A stretch of 64,000 nucleotides of DNA from Candidatus Saccharimonadales bacterium (GTDB taxonomy: Bacteria > Patescibacteriota > Saccharimonadia > Saccharimonadales > JAYRRP01), in NCBI GenBank assembly GCA_041910055.1, contig JAYRRP010000003.1, positions 173,973-237,972 of the forward strand. Reading direction: 5' to 3'. This document shows, piece after piece, positions 54,290 to 62,617 of this stretch. The notes beneath the pieces were generated by a model, which did no database searches, was not told the origin of the DNA, and worked only from the letters and a program-made list of their open reading frames with translations. Each line of letters begins with the position of its first letter. Position 1 is the stretch's first letter. The translations under genes and the position numbers were made by a program.

Positions 54290-54453
54290 AGTTTTATAGC
54301 CAGGTTCAGGCCTGGTTATAAAACTTGTTGAAGTGATATGAGAACCCAATCTTTTGCGTAGCAAAAGGGGTTCGGTGGAGCGAAAGCTCTCGCAGAAACT
54401 TGTTTCGAGAAAGCGTGAACGGAAGAGGACGAAGTCCGCTATCCCACCTCTCT
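54290..54453 (+). other. tRNA-linked element E1 (structured RNA or miniature integrative element), ending in a degenerate copy of the tRNA-Ser 3' end
   Basis: A 14-bp hairpin spans 54291-54324. The ATGAGAACCC core lies at 54338-54347, followed by the hairpin CTTTTGC-GTA-GCAAAAG flanked by GAACCC/GGGTTC. Next come a GAGC-GAAA-GCTC hairpin, GAAAC-TT-GTTTC at 54395-54406, and the terminal ATCCCACCTCTCT at 54441-54453. The corresponding tRNA sequence is ATCCCACCCTCTCC. Confidence 0.4.
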
Positions 54454-54516
54454 AAGTTTAAGTGTACCCACGAGCGAGTTTTCAAATTAGCTTTTGAGCG
54501 TATAATAATTTCTACT

Positions 54517-54738
54517 ATGTCAGATGATTACACAGGTGTATTACTCGAGAAAATCCAAGATCAGCTGCAGCGGTTAGCAGAAGCTATGGCTGACGTGCCG
54601 ACTAAGGTAGATGATATTGATCAGCGTCTTCGTGAAGTGGAGTCAGACGTTAAAGTGATAAAAGCAGCTGTGACTGATCAAAGCCGCCAGCTCCAAGAGC
54701 AAAGTCAGCGCCTAAACACGCTTGAATCACATGCTTAG
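54517..54738 (+). CDS. Small coiled-coil hypothetical protein (73 aa)
   Basis: The track ORF starts at 54400, inside element E1. The ATG at 54517 is preceded by TATAAT at 54501-54506, so the transcript is possibly leaderless. The sequence is heptad-rich (LEKIQDQLQRLAEAMADVPTKVDDIDQRLREVESDVKVIKAAV). Confidence 0.45.
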   Translation: MSDDYTGVLLEKIQDQLQRLAEAMADVPTKVDDIDQRLREVESDVKVIKAAVTDQSRQLQEQSQRLNTLESHA

Positions 54739-54808
54739 TACTGGCATCTAATTATCGTAGCAATATATTATGGGGCGAGAGTTGATCATCTCCTATCTGT
54801 AATTATGT

Positions 54809-55411
54809 ATGTTTTTGGAACCGTTGTACAATACGCTTATGCCAGAGAGTCAAACCGATCCCGCTGTGGCGCCTCCTCAGGGGCAATGGCAGTTTCATGC
54901 CGAAGATGCCTCTACTGAAACGGGCGAAGCTGGAATTGAACCTTTAGCGGATATAGAACCAGTGACATGGACTGCCTCAGAGTTTATTGCGCACCATAAA
55001 TCTGCCGGTTGGTACGTCGTATTAGCGGTGGTCACAATTATCTTTAGTGGGCTAATTTTTTGGTTCACGAGGGACTTTATAACGGTTGGACTTATTGCGG
55101 TAGCGTCAGTGTTATTTGGTGTCATGGCTTCCAGAAAGCCGCGCGAGTTGCAGTACCAGATCGACGGTAGCGGCATCCAGGTTGGCGAGAAATTATACCC
55201 TTACAGCAGCTTTAAGTCATTTGCGGTTGTGCAAGAAGAAGGTATAGAGTCGATTTGGTTTATGCCACTCAAAAGGTTCATGCCAAGCCTAAGCATTTAC
55301 TTTGCTCCAGACGAAAAGGAGAAAATTGCGAACGCCCTTTCGGCGGCTCTGCCGTTTGAGAACCGACAACTTGACCCACTCGACAAGCTCATACACAAAA
55401 TTCGGTTTTAG
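54809..55411 (+). CDS. Hypothetical membrane protein (two TM helices + small PH-like C-terminal domain)
   Basis: Hydrophobic segments are WYVVLAVVTIIFSGLIFWF and VGLIAVASVLFGVMA. No enzymatic motif is present. An alternative start lies at the ATG at 54839. Confidence 0.5.
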   Translation: MFLEPLYNTLMPESQTDPAVAPPQGQWQFHAEDASTETGEAGIEPLADIEPVTWTASEFIAHHKSAGWYVVLAVVTIIFSGLIFWFTRDFITVGLIAVASVLFGVMASRKPRELQYQIDGSGIQVGEKLYPYSSFKSFAVVQEEGIESIWFMPLKRFMPSLSIYFAPDEKEKIANALSAALPFENRQLDPLDKLIHKIRF

Positions 55412-55467
55412 AACAGTAGTAACAAGAGAGGGTATGTGGTAAACTCTTCCCTGTTCTTTAAGGACGT

Positions 55468-55544
55468 GCACCCGTAGCTCAGCTGGATAGAGCGTTGGCT
55501 TGCGGAGCCAAAGGCCACAGGTTCGAATCCTGTCGGGTGTACCA
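55468..55544 (+). tRNA. tRNA-Arg (anticodon GCG by hand fold), CCA encoded
   Basis: The tRNA is 77 nt. The acceptor pairs GCACCCG/CGGGTGT and the D arm is GCTC-AGCTGGATA-GAGC (A20 present). The anticodon stem TTGGC/GCCAA carries the loop TTGCGGA. The T arm is ACAGG-TTCGAAT-CCTGT, followed by discriminator A and CCA. Confidence 0.85.
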
Positions 55545-55720
55545 CGCATGAACCCCACCTTGCGTGGGGTTTTTGCGTGGTTTGGTTGTCTCATGAATGA
55601 GAACCGTACGGCGTAGCCGAGGTTCGGCGAAGTGAGGGCACGCGCAGAAATGTATATTGCATTTCGAGCATGGCCGAATGAAGGAGCCGCGGAGGCGGCG
55701 ATATCCTGTCGGGTGTACCA
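55545..55720 (+). other. tRNA-linked element E2, ending in an exact 18-nt copy of the tRNA-Arg 3' end
   Basis: The ATGAGAACC core lies at 55597-55605. It is followed by the hairpin CGGC-GTA-GCCG flanked by GAACC/GGTTC, the hairpin GAAATG-n7-CATTTC at 55647-55665, and the GC hairpin GCCGC-GGAG-GCGGC. The element ends with ATCCTGTCGGGTGTACCA at 55703-55720, identical to the tRNA from the T-loop to CCA. Confidence 0.4.
55551..55575 (+). terminator. Rho-independent terminator immediately after tRNA-Arg
   Basis: The hairpin aaCCCCAC-cttgc-GTGGGGtt is followed by a T run (tttttg). Confidence 0.6.
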
Positions 55721-55734
55721 GACAAAATTTTAAG

Positions 55735-55756
55735 CCATCACGTGAGTGATGGTTTT
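55735..55756. terminator. Hairpin terminator (possibly bidirectional) after element E2 and after the convergent minus-strand gene
   Basis: The stem CCATCAC-GTGA-GTGATGG carries a GNRA loop, is followed by TTTT on the plus strand, and is preceded by AAAATTTT (a T run on the minus strand). Confidence 0.5.
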
Positions 55757-55815
55757 AAATTTAGGCTCGCAAAAAGTGAGCCATTCTATCTAAATAACTT
55801 ACTTGGGTTGCGTGA

Positions 55816-57105
55816 CTAAGCAGACTTGCGGCGTCGTATTGTAGAGTTTGCCTGTACCTGACCACCTATTAACTCGACGATCAATACAAGTAAAAGCAAA
55901 ATACCGAGATACACCAACAGGCTTCGAATGGTTAGGCGTGCCAGCAACATTAGGAGTGTTAAAAAGGCAACAATAAACCACTGGATTGTCCTTTTATGTT
56001 CATAAAAGAACCTAGTGATACGGTTTTCTTGTGAGAATAATCTTTGATGCAGTTTGCCACTAAACAGTAATGCTACTTGCTTTTTGATGGCGCTGGCGTA
56101 GCGCGAAGGGCCACTGACCCAGGCGATAATTCCAATAATAAGTAAGGCACATAAAATGGTGGTAGTTTGAACTGCCAACGGATTAAGTACAATTTGCAGT
56201 GCATTACGCACACCTGCTTGGTATTGGGAATCTGCTCGTCCAGTAATCGTCTCGATGGCAATGCGGCGGGCAATAAGGGTGGCTATCATCATGCCGGCTG
56301 AAGCCCAACAAAAGACATATAGAGTGCGCCGGCGATAACGGCTGAGCCACATTGCTCCTACTAAGGCCAGTACCATCAATGTAACTGCTAAAAATCTCCA
56401 TGTGTTTATATTTGTCACAACATTATGTGCTTCGGGCAGCCAGGAGGCAGTGACCACGTTTACATTCCCAATATTTGCAGGCAGAGTCTTATTAGCTAAA
56501 AACGACAACTTTGTATAAGATAATCGGCTGCTGAGTTGGTTATAGATGTCATTGAGTGAGATAGAACCATCACCTTCATACTTCGTGACAAAGCCGATAA
56601 GTCGTTGATGTTGGTTGGCTATGGCCGTATTCCAACGATCCTGAAAAGCCGGTCGGGCCAACACACTTTGCAGCGTGTTCTGGGTCTGTGTTTTTATTTG
56701 GCTGGTTAATTGCGGAGCCAAAAAATCAGCTCGTGGAGGCAGGACTTGTTCGGTAAATGCCTGGACATCTACCTGCGCAAATAAGTTATTCGTTACATAA
56801 AGAGCCATTGCCTGTTGCACTTCCGGGTCTTGAATAACTGGCTGAACAGAAGCCGTGAAACGGTCTTGTTTGACGAGAGTATTTCCAGTCCAGAAAAATA
56901 TATTGCCAACTCCCAGGGTCACAACTGCAATACTGATGAGTAGTACCACGGTTGCCTTGCGAAACCATTCGCCTATGTTTCTGCTTTTTTTGGTAGTTTT
57001 TTGGCTATTCTGGGTTCGCTGAAGCCGCTTGACCTCAGCTTTTAAGGCCGTGTTTTCAGATCGAAGTTTTTTCAGTTGCTCGGTGGTTGACAATCTCGCT
57101 GCCAT
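55816..57105 (-). CDS. Hypothetical polytopic membrane protein with an N-terminal coiled-coil
   Basis: The protein is 429 aa. The N-terminus is EQLKKLRSENTALKAEVKRLQRTQ, and one early TM helix plus about five C-terminal hydrophobic segments follow. Confidence 0.55.
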   Translation of the reverse strand: MAARLSTTEQLKKLRSENTALKAEVKRLQRTQNSQKTTKKSRNIGEWFRKATVVLLISIAVVTLGVGNIFFWTGNTLVKQDRFTASVQPVIQDPEVQQAMALYVTNNLFAQVDVQAFTEQVLPPRADFLAPQLTSQIKTQTQNTLQSVLARPAFQDRWNTAIANQHQRLIGFVTKYEGDGSISLNDIYNQLSSRLSYTKLSFLANKTLPANIGNVNVVTASWLPEAHNVVTNINTWRFLAVTLMVLALVGAMWLSRYRRRTLYVFCWASAGMMIATLIARRIAIETITGRADSQYQAGVRNALQIVLNPLAVQTTTILCALLIIGIIAWVSGPSRYASAIKKQVALLFSGKLHQRLFSQENRITRFFYEHKRTIQWFIVAFLTLLMLLARLTIRSLLVYLGILLLLVLIVELIGGQVQANSTIRRRKSA

Positions 57106-57256
57106 ATCGGTCCCTCCAGACTAATCCACCCTATTCCTTATTAATAACACGTAAACCTCAATAAAACCAACTTTCATGTTAATGTAAGCAGTTATTGGTA
57201 GTGTAGAATGAGTGATAGCAGGATATTGTGGGGCTGCATAACAGGAGAGGTTACCT

Positions 57257-58849
57257 ATGAAAAAGTGGCTGGTGATTGCAATTTTAGCTATTTCACAATT
57301 CGTGATGATCCTTGATAGCACAGTTATGAATGTGTCGATTAGTACGGTTGCCAAAGATCTAGGAACGACCATATCTGGTATGCAAGCCGCCATTACCTTC
57401 TATGCATTGACTATGGCTGCATTGATGCTGACTGGCGGGAAGATGGGTGATAAATGGGGCAGGCATAACGCGTTTAAGATAGGTTCTATAGTTTATGGGG
57501 TGGGTTCGCTCACGACAGCGCTTGCACCCAGCTTAGGTGTTTTACTGCTCGGATGGTCATTGGTGGAAGGCTTGGGAGCAGTCCTGGTGATACCTGCTAT
57601 CGCCGCTCTGGCGGCAATTAATTACAAAGGTAAAGACCGGGTAGTTGCATTTTCTATACTTGGCGCTGCCACAGGTCTGGCCGCCGCCGCTGGCCCGCTC
57701 ATCGGTGGCATGGTGACGACATACTTTTCCTGGCGTTATGTATTTGCTGCTGAAACGGTAGTTATGGCGGTGGTCTTACTCGTTAGCAATAAGATTTATG
57801 ACGTGAAACCAAAAAAGAAGACCAGCTTTGATATTTTGAGCACATTTTTATCTGCCATCGGCATGGCGCTATTAGTGTTTGGTGTTTTGCAAAGCAAAAC
57901 GTGGGGATGGATAAAGCCATTGGGCTACCCAGAAATTAATGGACACAAAATTGCGCCACTTGGCATATCACTTGTTTCCTATCTTGTTCTGTCCGGTATT
58001 GTGGTGTTGTGGATCTTTCTTCAGCGCCAGAAGAAACTCGAAGCAACAGGAGGCAACCCTTTGCTACGGGTATCTTTGCTAAGAATACCAACCTTGCGAA
58101 GTGGATTGAGTGTGCTGATGGGGCAATACTTTACTATTGCAGCTCTGTTTTTTGTCATTCCGGTTTACTTGCAAACTATTCTTGGTTACGATGCATTGCA
58201 AACCGGTATAAAAATTATTCCTTTATCAATCGGGCTGGTAGCGTTCTCAGCGCTTGGCTCCAGGATGTCGTCTAAGCGTTCGGCCAAACAAATTACAAGG
58301 CTTGGTCAGTTCATTATGGCACTTGGTGTATTGCTCACGCTTGCATCAGTTCAGCCAGAACTAAGAGGAGCCCTATTCTGGATAGGTATGCTTATCGTTG
58401 GTGCTGGTTTTGGTTTGCTGGCAAGCCAACTGGGGAATGTCAACATGTCGGCTGTTGAGAAAAAAGACACTGCAGAGGTGGGCGGACTACAAGGAACTTA
58501 CCAAAACCTTGGTTCATCGTTTGGCACCGCGATTGTAGGCTCTATATTCATGCTTTCATTGACGTCTGGTTTTATAGCTTCTGTTAACAGTAGCCCCAAT
58601 CTTTCTCAAACTGCAAAGCAACAGGTAGCTACTCAGGCCCAGTATGGTGTTCAAATTGTCTCACAATCCCAAGTCCAGCAGTATGTTGTAAAAAGTGGGG
58701 GTAGCAAACAAACGGCTGACACTATTGCAAACCTCTACCAGGAGTCTCAAATTGCTGCCCTCAAACAGGCTCTCTTTATTGTGTTCGCTGTCGGTATATT
58801 ATCAATATTATTTGCCCGCAATTTACCAATCACTATCCAAAACAAATAG
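57257..58849 (+). CDS. MFS transporter, DHA2 (EmrB/QacA-like, 14-TMS) drug:H+ antiporter family
   Basis: MFS motif A is LTGGKMGDKWGRHN. The protein is 530 aa with about 14 hydrophobic segments. An AGGAGAGG RBS is present. Confidence 0.85.
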   Translation: MKKWLVIAILAISQFVMILDSTVMNVSISTVAKDLGTTISGMQAAITFYALTMAALMLTGGKMGDKWGRHNAFKIGSIVYGVGSLTTALAPSLGVLLLGWSLVEGLGAVLVIPAIAALAAINYKGKDRVVAFSILGAATGLAAAAGPLIGGMVTTYFSWRYVFAAETVVMAVVLLVSNKIYDVKPKKKTSFDILSTFLSAIGMALLVFGVLQSKTWGWIKPLGYPEINGHKIAPLGISLVSYLVLSGIVVLWIFLQRQKKLEATGGNPLLRVSLLRIPTLRSGLSVLMGQYFTIAALFFVIPVYLQTILGYDALQTGIKIIPLSIGLVAFSALGSRMSSKRSAKQITRLGQFIMALGVLLTLASVQPELRGALFWIGMLIVGAGFGLLASQLGNVNMSAVEKKDTAEVGGLQGTYQNLGSSFGTAIVGSIFMLSLTSGFIASVNSSPNLSQTAKQQVATQAQYGVQIVSQSQVQQYVVKSGGSKQTADTIANLYQESQIAALKQALFIVFAVGILSILFARNLPITIQNK

Positions 58850-58911
58850 AAAAACGCAAGCAAAACCAATTTATTAGCTACAAATAGCATATAATAAAAA
58901 TAGATAGGACC

Positions 58912-60369
58912 TTGGAGGGTATGGAGAGTGATATATTAGAAATTGACAAGCCCCGTGAAGCCTGTGGAGTGTTTGGTATTTATGCGCCCGGTGAAGATGT
59001 AGTTGCTTCTGCCTACTTAGGAGCCGCGGCTTTGCAACATCGTGGGCAAGATGCTGCCGGTATAGCGGTGTGGAATGAGGGCAAATTGAATGGTTATAAA
59101 GATACTGGTCTTGTTTCAGAAGTGCTAACTCACGCGGTGCGGGAGAGCTTGGAGCCAGCTGAGGCAGCAATTGCGCACACACGTTATGGGACTGTTGAAG
59201 GTAAAGGATTTCAAGCAGCTCAACCAATTCCAAAAGAAGGGCCTGACGGAGAATATTTCGCACTTGCTCACAACGGCCATATTGCCATCGGGCCACCGAA
59301 ACTTTCGGCTCACACGACGGATTCGGAGTGGTTTGCTGATCAGGTTGCAAAGAGGTGGGCAGAGGGCGCACCGCTACCGCAAGCGTTGGCGGAAACAGCG
59401 CGCGGAGTGGTTGGAGCATATTCTATTGTTGTCTTAGGGCAAGGCCAGCTTATTGCCATGCGTGATCCTAATGGTTTTCGTCCGCTTGAACTAGGTAAGC
59501 TAGAAAATAAAGATGCCTATGTGGTGGCCAGTGAAAGCGTGGCTTTAGATCAAGTTGGCGCGACACATTTGCGAGAAATAAATCCCGGTGAACTGGTAGT
59601 GATTAACAATGAAGGAGTGCATAGCCGACAATTTGCCGAGCCAAATCCTAAGTTATGTTCCTTTGAGAACGTTTACTTTGCGCGCCCCGACAGCATTATC
59701 AATGGTGAGGTTGTGCAGGAAACTCGATTCCGCATGGGGGAGTATCTGGCAGAGCAAAATGAGGTCGAAGCTGATATGGTAATTGGAGTGCCTAATTCAG
59801 GATTAGCAGCTGCTGAAGGCTTTGCCGAAGCCAGCGGCATTCCTATGAGGCAAGCGTTAATTAAAAACCCGTATGTTACCAGGACATTTATCAAAGATAA
59901 TCAGGCAGACCGCGAAGCAGCTGTAAGAATGAAGCTTAATCCTCTCAAAAACAGAATTGCTGGCCAGCGGCTTATTATCATAGATGATTCGATTGTCCGC
60001 GGCACAACAACGAAGGCACTGGTTTCTATGTTCCGAAAAGCTGGCGCTAGTGAAATACACATGAAAGTATCGTCGCCGCCCTACTCATTTCCCTGTTATT
60101 ACGGCATGGACACAGGACGGACGTCAGAGTTGCTCGCGAACAGAATGGACAAAAGTGAAATGACTGAGTATCTGGGCCTTGATTCGCTTGATTTTTTGAG
60201 CCTAGATAATTTACAAAAAGCAATTGCTCGACCGGTGGGCACACTTTGCATGGCTTGTATGAACGGAGAATATCCGACGGAAATAGAAACACCACACTTA
60301 TTAATAAATCCCCAAAATATATTGAGAGTAATGGGGTCCCATGGGCCCTACCGCATAATGAATTTATAA
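58912..60369 (+). CDS. purF: Amidophosphoribosyltransferase (glutamine-PRPP amidotransferase), Fe-S/propeptide type
   Basis: The catalytic N-terminal nucleophile context is EACGVFGIY, after a ~17-aa propeptide. The PRPP loop is LIIIDDSIVRGTT. The Cys pattern (CSFENVYFARPDS, FPCYYG, CMACMNGEYP) matches the [4Fe-4S] class. Confidence 0.9.
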   Translation: MEGMESDILEIDKPREACGVFGIYAPGEDVVASAYLGAAALQHRGQDAAGIAVWNEGKLNGYKDTGLVSEVLTHAVRESLEPAEAAIAHTRYGTVEGKGFQAAQPIPKEGPDGEYFALAHNGHIAIGPPKLSAHTTDSEWFADQVAKRWAEGAPLPQALAETARGVVGAYSIVVLGQGQLIAMRDPNGFRPLELGKLENKDAYVVASESVALDQVGATHLREINPGELVVINNEGVHSRQFAEPNPKLCSFENVYFARPDSIINGEVVQETRFRMGEYLAEQNEVEADMVIGVPNSGLAAAEGFAEASGIPMRQALIKNPYVTRTFIKDNQADREAAVRMKLNPLKNRIAGQRLIIIDDSIVRGTTTKALVSMFRKAGASEIHMKVSSPPYSFPCYYGMDTGRTSELLANRMDKSEMTEYLGLDSLDFLSLDNLQKAIARPVGTLCMACMNGEYPTEIETPHLLINPQNILRVMGSHGPYRIMNL

Positions 60370-60384
60370 AGTAGACTACATCCC

Positions 60385-60475
60385 GGAGAGGTGCAGGAGT
60401 GGTTGAACTGGACGCTCTCGAAAAGCGTTGTGCCCTTTACGGGTACCGAGGGTTCGAATCCCTCTCTCTCCGCCA
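60385..60475 (+). tRNA. tRNA-Ser (anticodon CGA), CCA encoded
   Basis: The acceptor pairs GGAGAGG/TCTCTCC with one G-U. The anticodon stem ACGCT/AGCGT carries the loop CTCGAAA. A long variable arm and a T arm GAGGG-TTCGAAT-CCCTC are present, followed by discriminator G and CCA. Confidence 0.9.
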
Positions 60476-60652
60476 AGTTTTGCAGCCAAGTGCAGGCTTA
60501 GTTATAAAACTTGTTGAAGTGAAGTGATATGAGAACCCGATAGGGTGAGCAATGCCGGTGGCATTGTGCAAGGGAATCTTCCGATGAAAACTTGTTTTCA
60601 ATCGTGGAGTTCCGGGGTCGCCGGAGGTGACCGAATCCCTCTCTCTCCACCA
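60476..60652 (+). other. tRNA-linked element E3, ending in a 20/21-nt copy of the tRNA-Ser(CGA) 3' end
   Basis: By eye, the first ~60 nt are roughly 85 percent identical to E1 (AGTTTT..AGCC....CAGGC....GTTATAAAACTTGTTGAAGTGA..TATGAGAACCC). The core lies at 60529-60538. Hairpins follow: CAATGCC-GGT-GGCATTG, GAAAAC-TT-GTTTTC at 60586-60599, and TCCGG-GGTCG-CCGGA. The terminal CGAATCCCTCTCTCTCCACCA lies at 60632-60652. Confidence 0.4.
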
Positions 60653-60697
60653 GAATGATCATGCTACCTGCACGGGCCGGCAGTATAGGCAAAAAAC

Positions 60698-61414
60698 CTA
60701 TGCGACAGGTGGAGGCGGGGTAATGGTCGGTGGAGTTTCATTTGGTGGAGGAGTTGGGGTAGGTTGCCGATAAGAAGGAGTCGGTATCTGTTGCGATGGT
60801 TGAGGAGGGATAGGAACGGCTGGTGGTTGCGGCATTGGCGAAGTCACACCAGGACTAACTGGAGGGCTAACGGGTGTTGGAGGCATTTGCGGAGTAGGAG
60901 TATTAAGAACACTAGATACCGAACCAGTTACAGGAGACATCACAGGGGTTTGATTTGATGGCATTTGGGGTAAAACGGCATTTGCGGGCTGTGGCTTTTT
61001 GAGAATATTTATGATAATTCCAACCGCTGCAGCCAATAAGGCTAAGCTACCAACCATTGAGATCCAATATCCCGGGGCCACCGCTATATCATAATCCTTT
61101 AGCTTGCCGATTGATCTTAGATTGTTTAAGACGGCAAGGGCAATGAACCCGCTTAACGGCAAAATAATTATTGGCAAAAAAAGCTTGCGGAACCGAGCTG
61201 CCAGCACGACCAGTGCTAAACAAACAATACCCACGAACATGGATACGCCCTTTACGGCGTTGATGGTTTCCCGTAAAGCTTGATCGCTGCTTGTTAACTC
61301 CTGGAGATTGGGAGGAAAAGAAAACCACCCTATTAACCCTCCTAGAACTACCATAATACTGGCTACTAACCCGATAACAACAAAAACATTTTTAAAATTG
61401 TTTTTCATATGCAC
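60698..61414 (-). CDS. Hypothetical membrane protein with four TM helices and a Pro-rich C-terminal tail
   Basis: There are four hydrophobic segments. The C-terminal ~90 aa are P/T/S/Q-rich (PQMPPTPVSPPVSPGVTSPMPQPPAVPIPPQP...). Confidence 0.5.
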   Translation of the reverse strand: MHMKNNFKNVFVVIGLVASIMVVLGGLIGWFSFPPNLQELTSSDQALRETINAVKGVSMFVGIVCLALVVLAARFRKLFLPIIILPLSGFIALAVLNNLRSIGKLKDYDIAVAPGYWISMVGSLALLAAAVGIIINILKKPQPANAVLPQMPSNQTPVMSPVTGSVSSVLNTPTPQMPPTPVSPPVSPGVTSPMPQPPAVPIPPQPSQQIPTPSYRQPTPTPPPNETPPTITPPPPVA

Positions 61415-61550
61415 CAGTATAACTTCGATTTACCCAAATACGCTAATGCTTATCTACTTGGATCTAATTTTTGGTTATTAAAAGTAGCCAATTATTTTGG
61501 CAATCATAACGATAATTACCCTTCTAACGCCTCCAAGTCTTATTCTTACT

Positions 61551-62558
61551 TTAGCCTCTAGTTATGCGAGTATGGCGGCGGAAAAGGGCGATACCAATAA
61601 GAGCAAATAACCCAATTATTGCTGCGCCTGCGTAGTAGATGAGCATTTCCCGTTGTAGTTGTGCGAGAAAGGCGAGTGCTGCCCTCTGTACTGCGGCAGG
61701 TGCTTCGCTTGATAGATTTGCTTTTACTTCTGTAGCCGCGATTTTACTGGCAAGAGTGATGCCAATTGCACCCAGCAAACCAAATATCAGCAAAATATAA
61801 AAGACAGCTTTGGCACCTTTGAGCCTTTGTGGCGCAGTCAGCACTAATAATGCGGCCAGCACAATACTCAATATACCGGCAATCCATGGCAAACGCATAA
61901 GCCACCGGTAGCCATTCTTTATTGATTGGAATGATTGGGCAGGCTGGCTAGTTTTGGTCAGGTCGCCATTTTGCAGTGTGTCGACTGAAACGGTTGCTTG
62001 CGGCAAAAAGTCTTGATTACTCAGCACATTCTTTTTAATCGCTTCAGATTCAGTCTGGATATCTAAACCGGGCGGACGGCAAGTGATCTCGAAAGGATCG
62101 GTACTGCCTGTAACTGATTTGCACACTGGCAAGGTGTTTAATCTGGTGGTGACACGCTGAGCCAGGCTGTCAGCGAATGATTGCTTAACCTCACTGACGT
62201 CGAGGCTTATTTGAGGATTGCCGGATGGTGAAGCCAGTGAGGAGTAAAAAGTATCGATACTTGCCTCTGTGAGCTTTTGTAAGCGTGCTGGGGAGAGTGC
62301 TTCCAGAAAGGCTTCTTTGATCTCAGGCCTGCTTACTGGAGCACCCACAATGGTAGAGTCTGAGTTAAGGGATTTTTGAATTTTTGCGTAAAACTCTTCC
62401 GGTAAATCTTTGTAGAAACCACTCTTTAAGAGTTGTGCTTTCACATTGCTTGGTTGTCCGAGCACAGTACTAAGGCTACGGCTCACGACAAAGAGCGAAA
62501 TTGCAGACACAAATAATATGCCAAATAAGGCGACTAAAAAACGTCGTAAAACGAGCAT
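61551..62558 (-). CDS. Hypothetical membrane protein (N-terminal anchor, ~190-aa ectodomain, three C-terminal TM helices)
   Basis: The hydropathy pattern supports the topology. No recognisable catalytic motif is present. Confidence 0.5.
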   Translation of the reverse strand: MLVLRRFLVALFGILFVSAISLFVVSRSLSTVLGQPSNVKAQLLKSGFYKDLPEEFYAKIQKSLNSDSTIVGAPVSRPEIKEAFLEALSPARLQKLTEASIDTFYSSLASPSGNPQISLDVSEVKQSFADSLAQRVTTRLNTLPVCKSVTGSTDPFEITCRPPGLDIQTESEAIKKNVLSNQDFLPQATVSVDTLQNGDLTKTSQPAQSFQSIKNGYRWLMRLPWIAGILSIVLAALLVLTAPQRLKGAKAVFYILLIFGLLGAIGITLASKIAATEVKANLSSEAPAAVQRAALAFLAQLQREMLIYYAGAAIIGLFALIGIALFRRHTRITRG

Positions 62559-62617
62559 GAAACTTATTGTAAAGGCTGGCCTCGTCAGCTGGCAATGGGC
62601 TCGTTATACTAAAAGCT

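Noticed and set aside
54152-54364. Minus-strand ORFs overlapping tRNA genes and the tRNA-linked elements (54152-54364, 55289-55594, 60498-60692)
   Set aside because: They are antisense to confidently folded tRNAs, have no RBS or motifs, and owe their existence to the stop-free GC-rich tRNA sequence.
58874-59419. A 181-aa minus-strand ORF antisense to purF
   Set aside because: It is nested antisense to a gene with unambiguous PurF motifs. The sequence is Leu/Pro/Gln-rich and low-complexity.
54290-60652. Whether elements E1-E3 are extra tRNA genes, tRNA pseudogenes or a tmRNA
   Set aside because: Only the segment from the 3' half of the T-loop through the acceptor 3' strand to CCA is copied. 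There is no matching 5' acceptor strand, D arm or anticodon arm. There is no tmRNA-like GGGGCUG...UCCACCA acceptor with a tag reading frame. The shared ATGAGAACC core is not tRNA-derived.
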